In this document: piece by piece, positions 1 to 9,175 of the stretch | Layout of the letters: each line of letters starts with the position of its first letter | Numbering within the stretch: the first letter of the stretch is position 1 | Source of the DNA: Candidatus Hadarchaeales archaeon | Lineage (GTDB): Archaea > Hadarchaeota > Hadarchaeia > Hadarchaeales > Hadarchaeaceae | Assembly: GCA_038823825.1 (NCBI GenBank) | Contig: JAWBCC010000001.1 | Location: forward strand, 390,001-422,000 | Length of the DNA: 32,000 bases | Direction: 5' to 3' | The notes under the pieces: generated by a model | What the model saw: only the letters and a program-made list of their open reading frames with translations | What the model was told of the DNA's origin: nothing | Database searches by the model: none | Translations under genes and position numbers: made by a program

Positions 1-1782
1 TAATGGCGGCTCTGGCAAGGTTTCTACTCTAACATAGAAAGTGTTTGTATAGTTTCTGGCCGCTACGTTGCTTGGAATATCTAATCTCCACTCTATCTGT
101 TTCTGCATATTTTCGCCATATTGGATGTTATTCCAAACATTTTCGTAGATGGTGCTCAGTGATACGGTTCTACCGCCGATCGCCTTGGCCGCACTGGCAG
201 ATATCGTGTATCCGTCAGACGTGAAATCCCCGGCCGCTCTGACCTTAATCGTGAAGTTTCTGTTTGAGGACACAATAACCGTCATCGGACTCTGGGTTGC
301 GTAAACGCTCTGTCCTTTGTAGCCGCTGAAGGAGAGGGTGTATGTGCTCAAAGACATCTCGAGGTAGACCTGAACCATAATCGCGTTGATATTCTCCAAA
401 TAGTTATCTAGACCGGTGTTATCGACGGCTCTGACGTATAGATTCCACATTCCCGGAGCCGCGATTTTTGAAAGTTTCACCCTAAAGATTGCAGTGTATG
501 TCTTGGTTTCAGAATTCTCTAAGACTGAACATCCAGATGTGTCTATGTAAGCAGACCCAAGTGGGCAACTAAACTGCCAAGCTCCCGCGCTCTTTGAAGC
601 ACTCCATGTGTAGTGATTTCTGATGTTGTCTGACGCTGTATGGCTGAGCGAATTTTCATGTGCTACGAGATATATGTTCTCGAGCTCCATCTCTCCTTCC
701 CAAACAGTAACTGTCACGTTAAACCAGCAGTTTGGCATTATGGTTGAATTTTCCGGAACTACCATCAGAACTGATGGGATTTCTATCAGAGGATAGGCGC
801 AGAATTTATTACCACCACCGGCCCAGTCTGGTGGAGCACCCTGCCAATAAAAGATGGTGTTGTTAACGAAACCCAGTCTGTTTCCGTTATACTCGCCGAC
901 GGGGTAGGGAAGATTTTCTAGACTCTCCCAAGTATTTGTCGAAATCTGATATCTGTAGAAACCATAGCCTGGCTGCTCAAGATAGGAACCACCGCTAAGA
1001 GCGTAAATGTAATCGGACTTGGTTGGAATCCAGAGGAGAGATCCTCCATCCCCTACCCCACCTGGATCCGGTATCGGACTAAGATTTTCCCAACTGTTTG
1101 TTTCAATGTTGTATCTCCAGAAATCCTGCAAAGGTGAAGTTTCATAATATTCTCCTCTTAAAGCGTAGAGGTAAGCTCCGCCGGTCCAGACAAGCGAACA
1201 ACCATCATCGGTGCCACCTGGTGGGTTAGCCAATACCTGCCAGGTGTTGGTCTGTGGGTTGTAACGGGCGAAAGTTGTTCCGTGTGTTGAGCTTCCCAAG
1301 ATCGCATAAATTCTTCCATCATAACCACACCAACAGAGAGCATCTCCCGCACCCTGTGGACCAGGAGTGTTCTCCAAGAACTCCCAGCTGTTCGAAGGAA
1401 TGGAATATCTCAGAAAGATTGTGCGGTTGGAATCCTGATATCTCGCCCCCGCCAGAGCGTATATGTAATTTTCATTATCCCAGGCAAGAGCGGTACCATT
1501 TCTGAAAAGACCTTGGGGTAGCATGGACGTGTTTATCTCTGTCCACTCGTTTGCAAATGGATCATACCTCCAGAAATGAACATTATCTAGGACATCGTAG
1601 CACCTGATTATGTAGATATAGTTTCCTACAGAGACCAAGGCTTGACCGTATCCGCCCGGCTGTGGGGTTGGGGCTTTCTCAATCCACACTGGCTCGGAAC
1701 TGATAGGGGGAGCAGAGAAAAGCATTGTGAGTATCATGAAAAAGGGCAGAGAGAGCCCCAGCACCAGAAGCTTTTTTCTCAT
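1..1782 (-). CDS. Secreted Kelch-like beta-propeller protein with C-terminal beta-sandwich region (C-terminus lies beyond the window start)
   Basis: Own translation of the minus strand: ATG at 1782-1780, open to position 1 (594 codons, no stop). Absent from the ORF track, presumably because it is edge-truncated. The N-terminus MRKKLLVLGLSLPFFMILTMLFSAPP looks like a signal peptide. Five to six ~50-aa repeats follow: YIYIIRCYD..FWRYDPFANEW, YIYALAGAR..FLRYSIPSNSW, RIYAILGSS..FARYNPQTNTW, YLYALRGEY..FWRYNIETNSW, YIYALSGGS..FYRYQISTNTW. This is a Kelch-blade pattern (approx 793-1653). Confidence 0.8.
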   Translation of the reverse strand, partial: MRKKLLVLGLSLPFFMILTMLFSAPPISSEPVWIEKAPTPQPGGYGQALVSVGNYIYIIRCYDVLDNVHFWRYDPFANEWTEINTSMLPQGLFRNGTALAWDNENYIYALAGARYQDSNRTIFLRYSIPSNSWEFLENTPGPQGAGDALCWCGYDGRIYAILGSSTHGTTFARYNPQTNTWQVLANPPGGTDDGCSLVWTGGAYLYALRGEYYETSPLQDFWRYNIETNSWENLSPIPDPGGVGDGGSLLWIPTKSDYIYALSGGSYLEQPGYGFYRYQISTNTWESLENLPYPVGEYNGNRLGFVNNTIFYWQGAPPDWAGGGNKFCAYPLIEIPSVLMVVPENSTIMPNCWFNVTVTVWEGEMELENIYLVAHENSLSHTASDNIRNHYTWSASKSAGAWQFSCPLGSAYIDTSGCSVLENSETKTYTAIFRVKLSKIAAPGMWNLYVRAVDNTGLDNYLENINAIMVQVYLEMSLSTYTLSFSGYKGQSVYATQSPMTVIVSSNRNFTIKVRAAGDFTSDGYTISASAAKAIGGRTVSLSTIYENVWNNIQYGENMQKQIEWRLDIPSNVAARNYTNTFYVRVETLPEPPL

Positions 1783-1834
1783 TCAAAAATTTGTTGATTT
1801 TTTCTTCTCAAATACGTTTCGAGGAAGGTATTCG

Positions 1835-1911
1835 TGGCGGGCCGGGCGGGATTCGAACCCACGTCACGGGCTCCGGAGGCCCGTGTCCTTTCCTGGCTAG
1901 ACCACCGGCCC
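1835..1911 (-). tRNA. tRNA-Arg (anticodon CCG)
   Basis: The reverse complement folds as a cloverleaf: acceptor GGGCCGG/CCGGCCC, D stem GTCT/GGAC, anticodon stem CGGGC/GCCCG with loop CTCCGGA (anticodon CCG), T arm GTGGG-TTCGAAT-CCCGC, discriminator G, CCA encoded. 77 nt. Confidence 0.9.
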
Positions 1912-1940
1912 AGATTTTTCTATTTTTCTGAAAGTAAAAC

Positions 1941-2780
1941 TCATTCGAGCATTAGAGAAGCGGCCTCCTCTATCGTGGAGACCTCTACTACCGATAGTCC
2001 GTAACCGGCGAAATATTCATTGAGATCTATTATTTTGGGCCTGTAGCTCACCCAGCTGAATCCTGGAAAGATCTGCTCAACAACCCGTTCGTAAACAGTA
2101 ACCTTGCTCTGGCCTTTTGGGACGAGGAAAACTCTCGCTCCGTTTTCAGCTGCAGCTGCCGCCTTGTGAAAAACTCCACCAACCGGTCCAATCGAACCAT
2201 CCTCCTGAATTGTTCCCGTGATAGCGTATCCGCTTTTTATCTTGCGGTTTTCGAGAACGGAAAGTAAAGCAATAGTGGTCGCCGCCCCGGCGCTTGGTCC
2301 GTCGATCGCCTCCACCCTTACTCTTTCACCTGGACCAACCACGATAAATTTCACATCGTAACCTGCTAAGCCAACCCCATCCGCATCCAGCTGATATCCG
2401 GCAAGTTTTGCCGCAACTTTTATCGCAGTTCTATCAGCATCTTGAAAATCGAAACCAACCAACGTTGGGTCGATCCCGACATAGACGTAACCATCCCCTG
2501 GCTCTATTTTGACGGCAAGCGTACAAACTACTCCAAATTCTCCCTGATCAGTCGAACCAACAGCTACTATCGGAATCGTTGCTGCACGGGCGTTCTTTAT
2601 CCAGCCGGTCAGATTTGTCTTTATGCTGCTCTCTTTTTCTTCCAGGGTTAGAGAGATTTTCATGAATCCGTACGTTGCTAAAACTCCTGTAAGCATTCCT
2701 ACAATTAACGCTACGACAAGATGGAGCACTCCATATCTTCGCTTCCTCCTGAAACGTTGGTGTGAGAGCTTCCTCGGCAT
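1941..2780 (-). CDS. Membrane-anchored S16 (Lon C-terminal proteolytic domain) serine protease without ATPase module
   Basis: 279 aa. Basic N-terminus MPRKLSHQRFRRKRR followed by the hydrophobic helix VLHLVVALIVGMLTGVLATYGF. The C-terminal half carries the Lon protease signature DGPSAGAATTIALLSVL (catalytic Ser) and GPVGGVFHKAAAAAENGA (Lys region). No Walker A/B motifs. Confidence 0.8.
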   Translation of the reverse strand: MPRKLSHQRFRRKRRYGVLHLVVALIVGMLTGVLATYGFMKISLTLEEKESSIKTNLTGWIKNARAATIPIVAVGSTDQGEFGVVCTLAVKIEPGDGYVYVGIDPTLVGFDFQDADRTAIKVAAKLAGYQLDADGVGLAGYDVKFIVVGPGERVRVEAIDGPSAGAATTIALLSVLENRKIKSGYAITGTIQEDGSIGPVGGVFHKAAAAAENGARVFLVPKGQSKVTVYERVVEQIFPGFSWVSYRPKIIDLNEYFAGYGLSVVEVSTIEEAASLMLE

Positions 2781-2829
2781 CTGATAAACCTTTGTCTGGG
2801 ATCATTAAAAGCAATATTTGTGCGATTTT

Positions 2830-3354
2830 TCACTTGAAGAACTCTGGGGAGAGAAATTTGCAAAGTGCCATCCAAACTCCATGCTCATATAGGGCAGTTC
2901 TATCCACGTGCCCCTTTGTGAATATACCTATTGCGCCTTTTCCTTCCTTTATTTTCTTTTCTCCTGTTAATCTTTCCATAACTTCTCCAAGCTCGATTCC
3001 CCTTTTAAGTTCTTTTACAACCTTTCCAGGGCACTCAAACCATCCTGATGTCCCGATCGAAATTTTGCCCTCCCTGTTGACTATAGCAACAAAACCGGTT
3101 GTAAACCACCTTCCGCAGAGCCTTACAGCTCCACCTTCTATCCCGACTCCAAAATCTGCATCAAGAAGCTTGATCGCCTTTTTTGCCCTATTCATTGCAC
3201 CCTTCACGGCTTCGACCGCAGTCATTGGCTGTGGTGAGATACCGGAGTCTATCTCCACAGACTCCACTCTTACTCTTCCGAAAGCTTTCCGAAAGGCTCT
3301 CTCCGTTGCTTTTATTTTTGTCCTGTTTTTCGATCCCACGGCAACAAATATCAT
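2830..3354 (-). CDS. Inosine/xanthosine triphosphatase family protein (YjjX / NTPase_I-T, DUF84-like)
   Basis: 174 aa. The N-terminus MIFVAVGSKNRTKIKATERAF and the blocks SGISPQPMT..AVKGAMNRAKKA and GIEGG fit the conserved pattern of this family as I remember it. ATG at 3354 is preceded by GATGAGGGA. Confidence 0.7.
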   Translation of the reverse strand: MIFVAVGSKNRTKIKATERAFRKAFGRVRVESVEIDSGISPQPMTAVEAVKGAMNRAKKAIKLLDADFGVGIEGGAVRLCGRWFTTGFVAIVNREGKISIGTSGWFECPGKVVKELKRGIELGEVMERLTGEKKIKEGKGAIGIFTKGHVDRTALYEHGVWMALCKFLSPEFFK

Positions 3355-3403
3355 GTTCCCTCATCTTTTTGTTTTCGGGGAGATTTAGAGCTAATGGAAA
3401 AGG

Positions 3404-4105
3404 ATGCGGGGCATCATACTTCTGAAGCTTCCCGAAGTTTTTCCCTGCAGAATAATCAAAAGAATCAACAGATTCACGGTTAGGATAAGCATAGGGAGGA
3501 AGGTGACAAAAGCTAGTCTGAATAACACGGGCAGGCTTGAAGAGTTGTTGCTTTACAACGCTTCAGGATACTGTCTTAGGGGACGGGGAAAGCTTCCCTA
3601 CAGACTGTTTGCGATAAGTGGGGAAAAACTTGCAAGCGTTATTGACACAAGAATGCAGGCGGAAGCTTTTGAGGTAGCGCTCGCCAGAAGTCTCATCCCC
3701 ATTTTTCGGAGTTACCGGTTGGCTAGAAGAAATATCAGAGTCGGCAGTTCAATCATAGACTATAAGCTTGAAGGAAAAAACGAGCTCGTTGTGGAGCTCA
3801 AAAGTGCTGTCTTGAGGTTAAACGATTTGGGCGGATATCCGGACTGTCCCACCGAGAGGGGAAGAAAACAAATAGAAGATCTCATAAACTATGCTCGATC
3901 TGGCGGAAATTCTGCGATATTTTTCGTTACAAGTCTGGAAGGCGTCCGAGGAATAACGCCAAACATAACAGCCGATCCCCAACTTTATCTTCTTATGGAG
4001 AAAGCAAGCCGAGCTGGCGTTCGAATGAGGGGAATGAACATTCTTTTCGACCCGAAAAGACGAAATATTATTCTGTCCAACCCAGATCTACCTGTCGTCT
4101 TCTAG
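3404..4105 (+). CDS. sfsA: SfsA family protein (sugar fermentation stimulation protein homolog, nuclease-like fold)
   Basis: 233 aa with the SfsA blocks RINRFTV near the N-terminus, NNTGRLEELL, VVELKS and YPDCPTERGRKQIEDL. Confidence 0.8.
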   Translation: MRGIILLKLPEVFPCRIIKRINRFTVRISIGRKVTKASLNNTGRLEELLLYNASGYCLRGRGKLPYRLFAISGEKLASVIDTRMQAEAFEVALARSLIPIFRSYRLARRNIRVGSSIIDYKLEGKNELVVELKSAVLRLNDLGGYPDCPTERGRKQIEDLINYARSGGNSAIFFVTSLEGVRGITPNITADPQLYLLMEKASRAGVRMRGMNILFDPKRRNIILSNPDLPVVF

Positions 4106-5371
4106 CTTGGATAGATATTTGGAAGCAAGCTTGACAGCACAAAGCTGTGAACACATGCTGCACGTCTTTGGATCAAGTATGGGCGGTTTTCTACTCCTCA
4201 TCTCTCTTGCCTTTTCGGGATCAAGCGAAAGCGCGATCTGCTTTTCCCAGTCAAATCTTCTTCTCGCCTCAGACATTTCTTCGTCCCTTTTCATTCCAAA
4301 ACCTCTTGCGACGTCCGCAGCGTGGGCAGCGATTTTGGCAGCGATTACTCCTTCCCGCACATCCTCCACATCCGGAAGACATAAATGCTCGCCTGGAGTT
4401 ACATAACAAAGCAAATCTGCGCCCGCCCACGCCGCAACAGCTCCTCCGATGGCTGCCGCGATGTGGTCATATCCCGCTGCGATATCCGTCACAAGCGGAC
4501 CAAGTAGATAATATGGTGCCCCGTCACAAACGGCTTTTTCCAATTTCACGTTTGCCTCGATTTGGTCGAGCGGGAGATGACCTGGACCTTCAACCATTAC
4601 TTGAACGTGATTGTTTCTCGCTTTTCTGACGAGGTCAGCTGCCACAAGCAACTCTAACATCTGCGGTATATCGCTTGCATCCGCCAAACTGCCAGGCCTA
4701 AGAGCGTCGCCAATGCTCAGTGTTAGATCGTATTCCTTCGCTATTTCCAAAAGATAATCGAATTCTGCATAGAGCGGGTTTTCTTTCTCGTTGTGAATCA
4801 TCCAAGCAGCCAAAAGTGATCCACCTCTGCTGACCATCCGTAGAATTCTGTCACTCTTTTTAACGATCTTGAGAGCGTCCAGTGTTAGGGCACAGTGCAC
4901 GGTAACGAAATCGACGCCATCCGCAGCGTGTTTTCTAATAGCATTAAAAATGTCGTCGGAATTCATGTCGACGATGTCTTGACCTTTTTTCGTTGCCTCC
5001 ATCGCCGCCTGATAAATCGGAACGGTCCCCACGGGAACATTGACCGACTGGAGAATTTTGCGTCTTATCAAATCTATGTCCCCACCTATGCTTAGATCCA
5101 TTATTGTGTCTGCGCCATATTTCACGGCAACCAATGCTTTACGCAGTTCCTCCTCAAGATCGACGTAGTCTGGGGATGTTCCAACATTTGCATTCACTTT
5201 CACTTTTAGACCTTCGCCAATTCCGATGGGTTCGATTTCTCTTATGATGTTTTTCGGAATGATTACGCGGCCGGAGGCTATTCTTCTCCTCAAGACTTCT
5301 GGTGAGATTTCTTCTATCTCAGCGACTTTCTTCATTTCTTCCGTTATCTCTCCTCTACACGCATCTTTCAT
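4088..5371 (-). CDS. thiC: Phosphomethylpyrimidine synthase ThiC
   Basis: ThiC blocks: NANVGTSPD, ADTIMDLS, GTVPIYQA, DFVTVH, SRGGS, LSIGDALRPG, QVMVEGPGHLP, LGPLVTDIAAGYDHIAAAIGGA, LCYVTPGEHLCLP and the C-terminal CSMCSQLCA. Start set at ATG 5371 (MKDACRGEITEEMK), which fits usual archaeal ThiC N-termini. The ORF-track GTG 5386 is possible. Confidence 0.95.
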   Translation of the reverse strand: MKDACRGEITEEMKKVAEIEEISPEVLRRRIASGRVIIPKNIIREIEPIGIGEGLKVKVNANVGTSPDYVDLEEELRKALVAVKYGADTIMDLSIGGDIDLIRRKILQSVNVPVGTVPIYQAAMEATKKGQDIVDMNSDDIFNAIRKHAADGVDFVTVHCALTLDALKIVKKSDRILRMVSRGGSLLAAWMIHNEKENPLYAEFDYLLEIAKEYDLTLSIGDALRPGSLADASDIPQMLELLVAADLVRKARNNHVQVMVEGPGHLPLDQIEANVKLEKAVCDGAPYYLLGPLVTDIAAGYDHIAAAIGGAVAAWAGADLLCYVTPGEHLCLPDVEDVREGVIAAKIAAHAADVARGFGMKRDEEMSEARRRFDWEKQIALSLDPEKAREMRSRKPPILDPKTCSMCSQLCAVKLASKYLSKLEDDR

Positions 5372-5416
5372 CAACAAGCCCAACACCTAGAAAACATCAT
5401 AAGATCTCGATAAAAG

Positions 5417-6790
5417 TTATTGCGAAAACCCGGGTATTTTGGGCAACTTTGATAGGGCTTCTCTTATTTTTTCTTCAGGATATTCGTAATTCTGCAACTT
5501 TTTCTCCAAGAATTCTGCATATGCCTGTAAGTCAAAGTGGCCGTGCCCGCTACAATTGAATAGGATGACCTTCTCCTCCCCAGTCTGGCGACACCGGATT
5601 GCTTCGTCTATCACGGCTTTCACAGCGTGGGCTGTCTCTGGAGCAATGACAAATCCTTCGGCTTTGGCGAAAATGCTTGCCGCTTCAAAAATTTCTGTTT
5701 GATGGTATGCGACTGCTTCCATATACCCTTCTTTTGTTAATTTGCACAAGAGAGGGGCGTCACCATGATATCTCAAACCACCGGCGTGGATAGGTGGTGG
5801 AACGTACGTGTGACCAAGCGTGTACATCTTTAGAAGAGGAGTCATTTCCGCCGTGTCTCCATAGTCGTAAGTGTAGACCCCCTTGGTGAGTGTAGGACAG
5901 GCTTTCGGTTCACATGACACGGCACGGAGATCCGGTTTCTTTCCACTAAGCTTGTCGGCCAAAAATGGAAAGACTAAGCCGGCAAAATTGCTTCCTCCTC
6001 CAACGCATCCAAATACTACGTCCGGATACTCGTCAAGCATTTCCAGCTGCTTTTTCGCCTCAAGTCCCACTACCGTTTGATGAAGAAGAACGTGGTTCAA
6101 AACGCTTCCAAGAGAATATTTCGTATTTTCGTGAGTTACTGCATCCTCTATTGCCTCGGAGATCGCGATTCCTAGACTGCCTGGACAATTTGGATCTTGT
6201 TCTAAAACCTTTCTGCCAAACTGCGTTCTGTTGCTCGGGCTTGGTATACATTCGGCTCCCCATATCTCCATTAAGATTCTTCGATAGGGTTTCTGGTTGT
6301 AGCTCGCTTTGACCATATAAATTGTACACTTCAAGTTAAACAACATTGTTGCAAAGGCTAAGGCGCTGCCCCACTGACCGGCCCCTGTCTCCGTTGTCAG
6401 TCTTTCTACACCTTCCTTCATGTTGAAGTATGCCTGAGCCACGGCAGTGTTCGGTTTATGACTCCCGGGCGGGCTTACACCTTCCCACTTGTAATAGATT
6501 CGGGCTGGGGTCTTCAGCATCCGCTCCAATCTCCTGGCTCTGTAAAGAGGTGTTGGACGCCAGAGTCGATAGATTTCCAGCACTTCTTCAGGTATCGGAA
6601 TCCAGCGCTCGCGTGAAACTTCCTGCTCTATCAGCGCCTTTGGGAAAATCGCAAGAAGATCTTCTGGTTTTACGGGTTCACCTGTTTTCGGATTAAGAGG
6701 CGGGTCAAGAGGTGTGGGCAGATCCGCCTGAATGTTATACCAGTACCTTGGAATATCCTCTTCATCGAGTAGGAATTTCGTTCTTTCCAT
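5417..6790 (-). CDS. trpB: TrpB2-class tryptophan synthase beta-like PLP enzyme
   Basis: [34 protein letters not shown] (PLP lysine), [11 protein letters not shown] and the N-terminal [20 protein letters not shown] segment typical of TrpB2. Start placed at ATG 6790 ([19 protein letters not shown]). The ORF-track ATG 6847 would sit 12 nt from the divergent gene at 6860, on top of that gene's SD. 6847 remains an alternative. Confidence 0.88.
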   Translation of the reverse strand: MERTKFLLDEEDIPRYWYNIQADLPTPLDPPLNPKTGEPVKPEDLLAIFPKALIEQEVSRERWIPIPEEVLEIYRLWRPTPLYRARRLERMLKTPARIYYKWEGVSPPGSHKPNTAVAQAYFNMKEGVERLTTETGAGQWGSALAFATMLFNLKCTIYMVKASYNQKPYRRILMEIWGAECIPSPSNRTQFGRKVLEQDPNCPGSLGIAISEAIEDAVTHENTKYSLGSVLNHVLLHQTVVGLEAKKQLEMLDEYPDVVFGCVGGGSNFAGLVFPFLADKLSGKKPDLRAVSCEPKACPTLTKGVYTYDYGDTAEMTPLLKMYTLGHTYVPPPIHAGGLRYHGDAPLLCKLTKEGYMEAVAYHQTEIFEAASIFAKAEGFVIAPETAHAVKAVIDEAIRCRQTGEEKVILFNCSGHGHFDLQAYAEFLEKKLQNYEYPEEKIREALSKLPKIPGFSQ

Positions 6791-6859
6791 GGAAGCTCCA
6801 TTCAAGTTGTTTGCAAACATATTTAAGCATTTCTCAAAATTGTTCATTAAGGTGCAAAA

Positions 6860-7483
6860 ATGTTCGAGATACTCATACAGATTCCAATAGGTTTTTTCGT
6901 TGCACTCTCCGGGGCGTTAATTCCGGGTCCTCTGCTCGCCTATGTGACTGCGAAATCGACCGAGGAGGGCAGACAGATCGGGCCATTGGTTGTGGTAGGC
7001 CACTTGGCAGTCGAAGTCGTTATCCTTCTTCTACTTCTCGCCGGTATCGGTTATGTTCTTGCCCATCCACTTCTGGAGAGAACGATAGGTCTAACCGGAG
7101 GTTTTCTTCTGATTTTGATCGCTTCCTCGAGTCTACGGAGTTTGCGCGCCAGAAGATACAAGATCCAAGTAACCTGTTTCCACCCTTTTGTTGGAGGGGT
7201 CCTCTTCAGTAGCATTTTCAATCCGACAGTTCCGCTCTGGTGGGTGGGGGTAGGTTTCGCTCTTCTTCTCCAGGCATATTCTGTTGCGTCTTTCGCTGGT
7301 GTCGCAGCTTGGCTGATAGGTCACTATGCAGCCGACTTCGGATGGTTTTCCTTAGTTTCCCACCTCGTAAGTTCGAGTCATGCAGCGGTTGAAAAAATCA
7401 GAATTTTGCTCCTCCGGATATGTGTTGTCATTCTCCTTTTGCTAGGATTATACCTTGTTGTCAAGTATTCTGTCTTTTTCTAA
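6860..7483 (+). CDS. LysE/RhtB-like multi-pass membrane protein (putative small-molecule exporter)
   Basis: 207 aa with about 6 hydrophobic helices. The N-terminal [15 protein letters not shown] (PGP motif) and [16 protein letters not shown] resemble LysE-type translocators. AAGGTG lies 5 nt upstream of the ATG. Confidence 0.5.
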   Translation: MFEILIQIPIGFFVALSGALIPGPLLAYVTAKSTEEGRQIGPLVVVGHLAVEVVILLLLLAGIGYVLAHPLLERTIGLTGGFLLILIASSSLRSLRARRYKIQVTCFHPFVGGVLFSSIFNPTVPLWWVGVGFALLLQAYSVASFAGVAAWLIGHYAADFGWFSLVSHLVSSSHAAVEKIRILLLRICVVILLLLGLYLVVKYSVFF

Positions 7484-8110
7484 AGATGAAAGGAAATCTG
7501 CTGTTCGAGTGTGTGGAGCAACAATTTTTACTTTGAGGAGGTCTTCGGGTTTGTCTATGTCAAAAGCGATAGATTCCGAATGGTAAATCTTGACTTTTGC
7601 GCCAGTTTTGAAGGCTTCCTTTAAATGTACCGGGAAACTCTCTCCCCCGAATTTGAGAGAAATGACATCCGGGGGTTTCAGCAGAAGCGCGTTTGTACCT
7701 CTGTCTTTCGAAGGCGAAATCACGACAACCTTCTCTTCCTCCGCAAGTGAAATAATTTCTCTTATATCTCTCGGTGTTATGAGGGGAACATCACCGGGAA
7801 TTATCAAAACTGAATCGGCTCCTTCTGCTTTTGCTCGACTGATTGCAAACTCCAGCGCTGGGTTCAGAGATAGACCCGGTTCTCGAATTGTCCGAATCCC
7901 GAGATTTGACGCGAATTTAAGTATTTCTTCATTCGGAGAGAGCACACATATCCTGTCCAAACTCTGAACTCTTTTTGCTGAGGTCAGCACGTCGGTAAGC
8001 ATCGCCATTATGAGTTTTTTTCTCTCCTCAGGATTCAGGCAATTTTGGAGGGATGACTTTGCCAAAGAGAGATCCTTTATGGGAATAATCAGCCAAGGGC
8101 GGGCAGACAT
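7448..8110 (-). CDS. cofC: 2-phospho-L-lactate guanylyltransferase CofC (F420 biosynthesis)
   Basis: LIIPIKDLSLAKSSL, LNPEERKKLIMAMLTDVL, VLIIPGDVPLITPRDI, ISPSKDRGTNALL, FGGESFPVHL and IAFDIDKPEDL match the CofC/MobA-like fold pattern. Start set at ATG 8110 (220 aa). The 274-aa ORF-track form would overlap cofG on the opposite strand. Confidence 0.85.
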   Translation of the reverse strand: MSARPWLIIPIKDLSLAKSSLQNCLNPEERKKLIMAMLTDVLTSAKRVQSLDRICVLSPNEEILKFASNLGIRTIREPGLSLNPALEFAISRAKAEGADSVLIIPGDVPLITPRDIREIISLAEEEKVVVISPSKDRGTNALLLKPPDVISLKFGGESFPVHLKEAFKTGAKVKIYHSESIAFDIDKPEDLLKVKIVAPHTRTADFLSSLEKDRILDNKV

Positions 8111-8170
8111 CCAATCATCCAAAAATATTTTTCCAGACGCGAGTTCTAATAATGAGACGAGGGTGGAATC

Positions 8171-9175
8171 TTGAAGATCCGAACAATAACGTATTCGAGA
8201 AACGTTTTTATACCAGTCACCAACGTCTGTCGAAACAAATGTCATTATTGTGGATTCAGGAGAGACCCGCACAATGGATGGCTGATGAAACCTGATGAGA
8301 TAAAGGCACTCGGAGAAAGGGCAAGAGCCGCTGGTTACTGTGAGGCTCTTATAACGCTGGGGGAGAGACCAGAAGTTTATCCGTCGTATTCGCTCAAATT
8401 ATCAGACCTGGGTTATAGAACTACTGTCGATTATCTTGTAGATATCTCCAGAATGATGCTCAACATGAATCTCCTACCTCACACAAACGCTGGCTCAATT
8501 ACCTACGAGGAGATGAAAAAACTTCGCCGATATAACGCGAGCATGGGACTGATGCTGGAATGTGCAACCAGATTGCCAGCTCATGAAGAGAGTCCAGGCA
8601 AAAGGCCTGAGATTAGACTTGAGGTGATAAGAAATGCCGGCGAGCTTAAAATCCCGTTCACGACTGGACTTCTAATTGGAATCGGCGAAAGCCGAAAAGA
8701 TCGCTTATTTTCCCTTTTTGAGATAAAAAAGCTCCAAGAAAGATATGGGCATATTCAAGAGGTGATAATCCAACCATTCTCACCAAAACCAAACACCGTT
8801 ATGGAAAGTTGTCCGCCCCCGTCTCTATCGGAAGTTATATGGACTGTTAGGAAAGCTAGAGAAATTTTGGAAGATGTTGCCATACAAGTTCCCCCAAACC
8901 TGATTGACCTGTCACCACCAAACGTTCTTGCGATACTAGATGCCGGTGCAAACGATTTCGGAGGGATCTCTCCAATCACGCCAGATTTTATAAATCCTGA
9001 AAATCCCTGGCCAGAAGTGGAGAAACTGAGAACGATCGTTGAATCGCTGGGTTTCCGTTTGCGCGAACGTCTACCGATTTATCCCAAGTTTGTGATGGAT
9101 GAGCAATTTATGTCTGCGGAGGTGAAGAGAATTGTCCGAAGTTTGTCTGATGAAGCCGGTTACAGAGCAGGTTGA
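8171..9175 (+). CDS. cofG: F0 synthase subunit CofG (7,8-didemethyl-8-hydroxy-5-deazariboflavin synthase subunit 1), radical SAM
   Basis: ITYSRNVFIPVTNVCRNKCHYCGF (CxxxCxxC), PHTNAG and LLIGIGES. The TTG 8171 start is forced: there is an in-frame TGA at 8153-8155 and no ATG/GTG before the cluster motif. GAGGGTGG lies just upstream. Confidence 0.9.
   Translation: MKIRTITYSRNVFIPVTNVCRNKCHYCGFRRDPHNGWLMKPDEIKALGERARAAGYCEALITLGERPEVYPSYSLKLSDLGYRTTVDYLVDISRMMLNMNLLPHTNAGSITYEEMKKLRRYNASMGLMLECATRLPAHEESPGKRPEIRLEVIRNAGELKIPFTTGLLIGIGESRKDRLFSLFEIKKLQERYGHIQEVIIQPFSPKPNTVMESCPPPSLSEVIWTVRKAREILEDVAIQVPPNLIDLSPPNVLAILDAGANDFGGISPITPDFINPENPWPEVEKLRTIVESLGFRLRERLPIYPKFVMDEQFMSAEVKRIVRSLSDEAGYRAG

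Noticed and set aside
2762-3388. 208-aa plus-strand ORF covering the NTPase gene region
   Set aside because: It is antisense to a well-supported gene. The translation is low-complexity S/P/F/I-rich with no motifs. Typical shadow ORF.
8111-8272. Long N-terminal extension of cofC (ORF-track start 8272)
   Set aside because: The extra 54 codons overlap cofG and the divergent promoter on the opposite strand. They precede the conserved LIIPIK start of CofC-family proteins. ATG 8110 is preferred.
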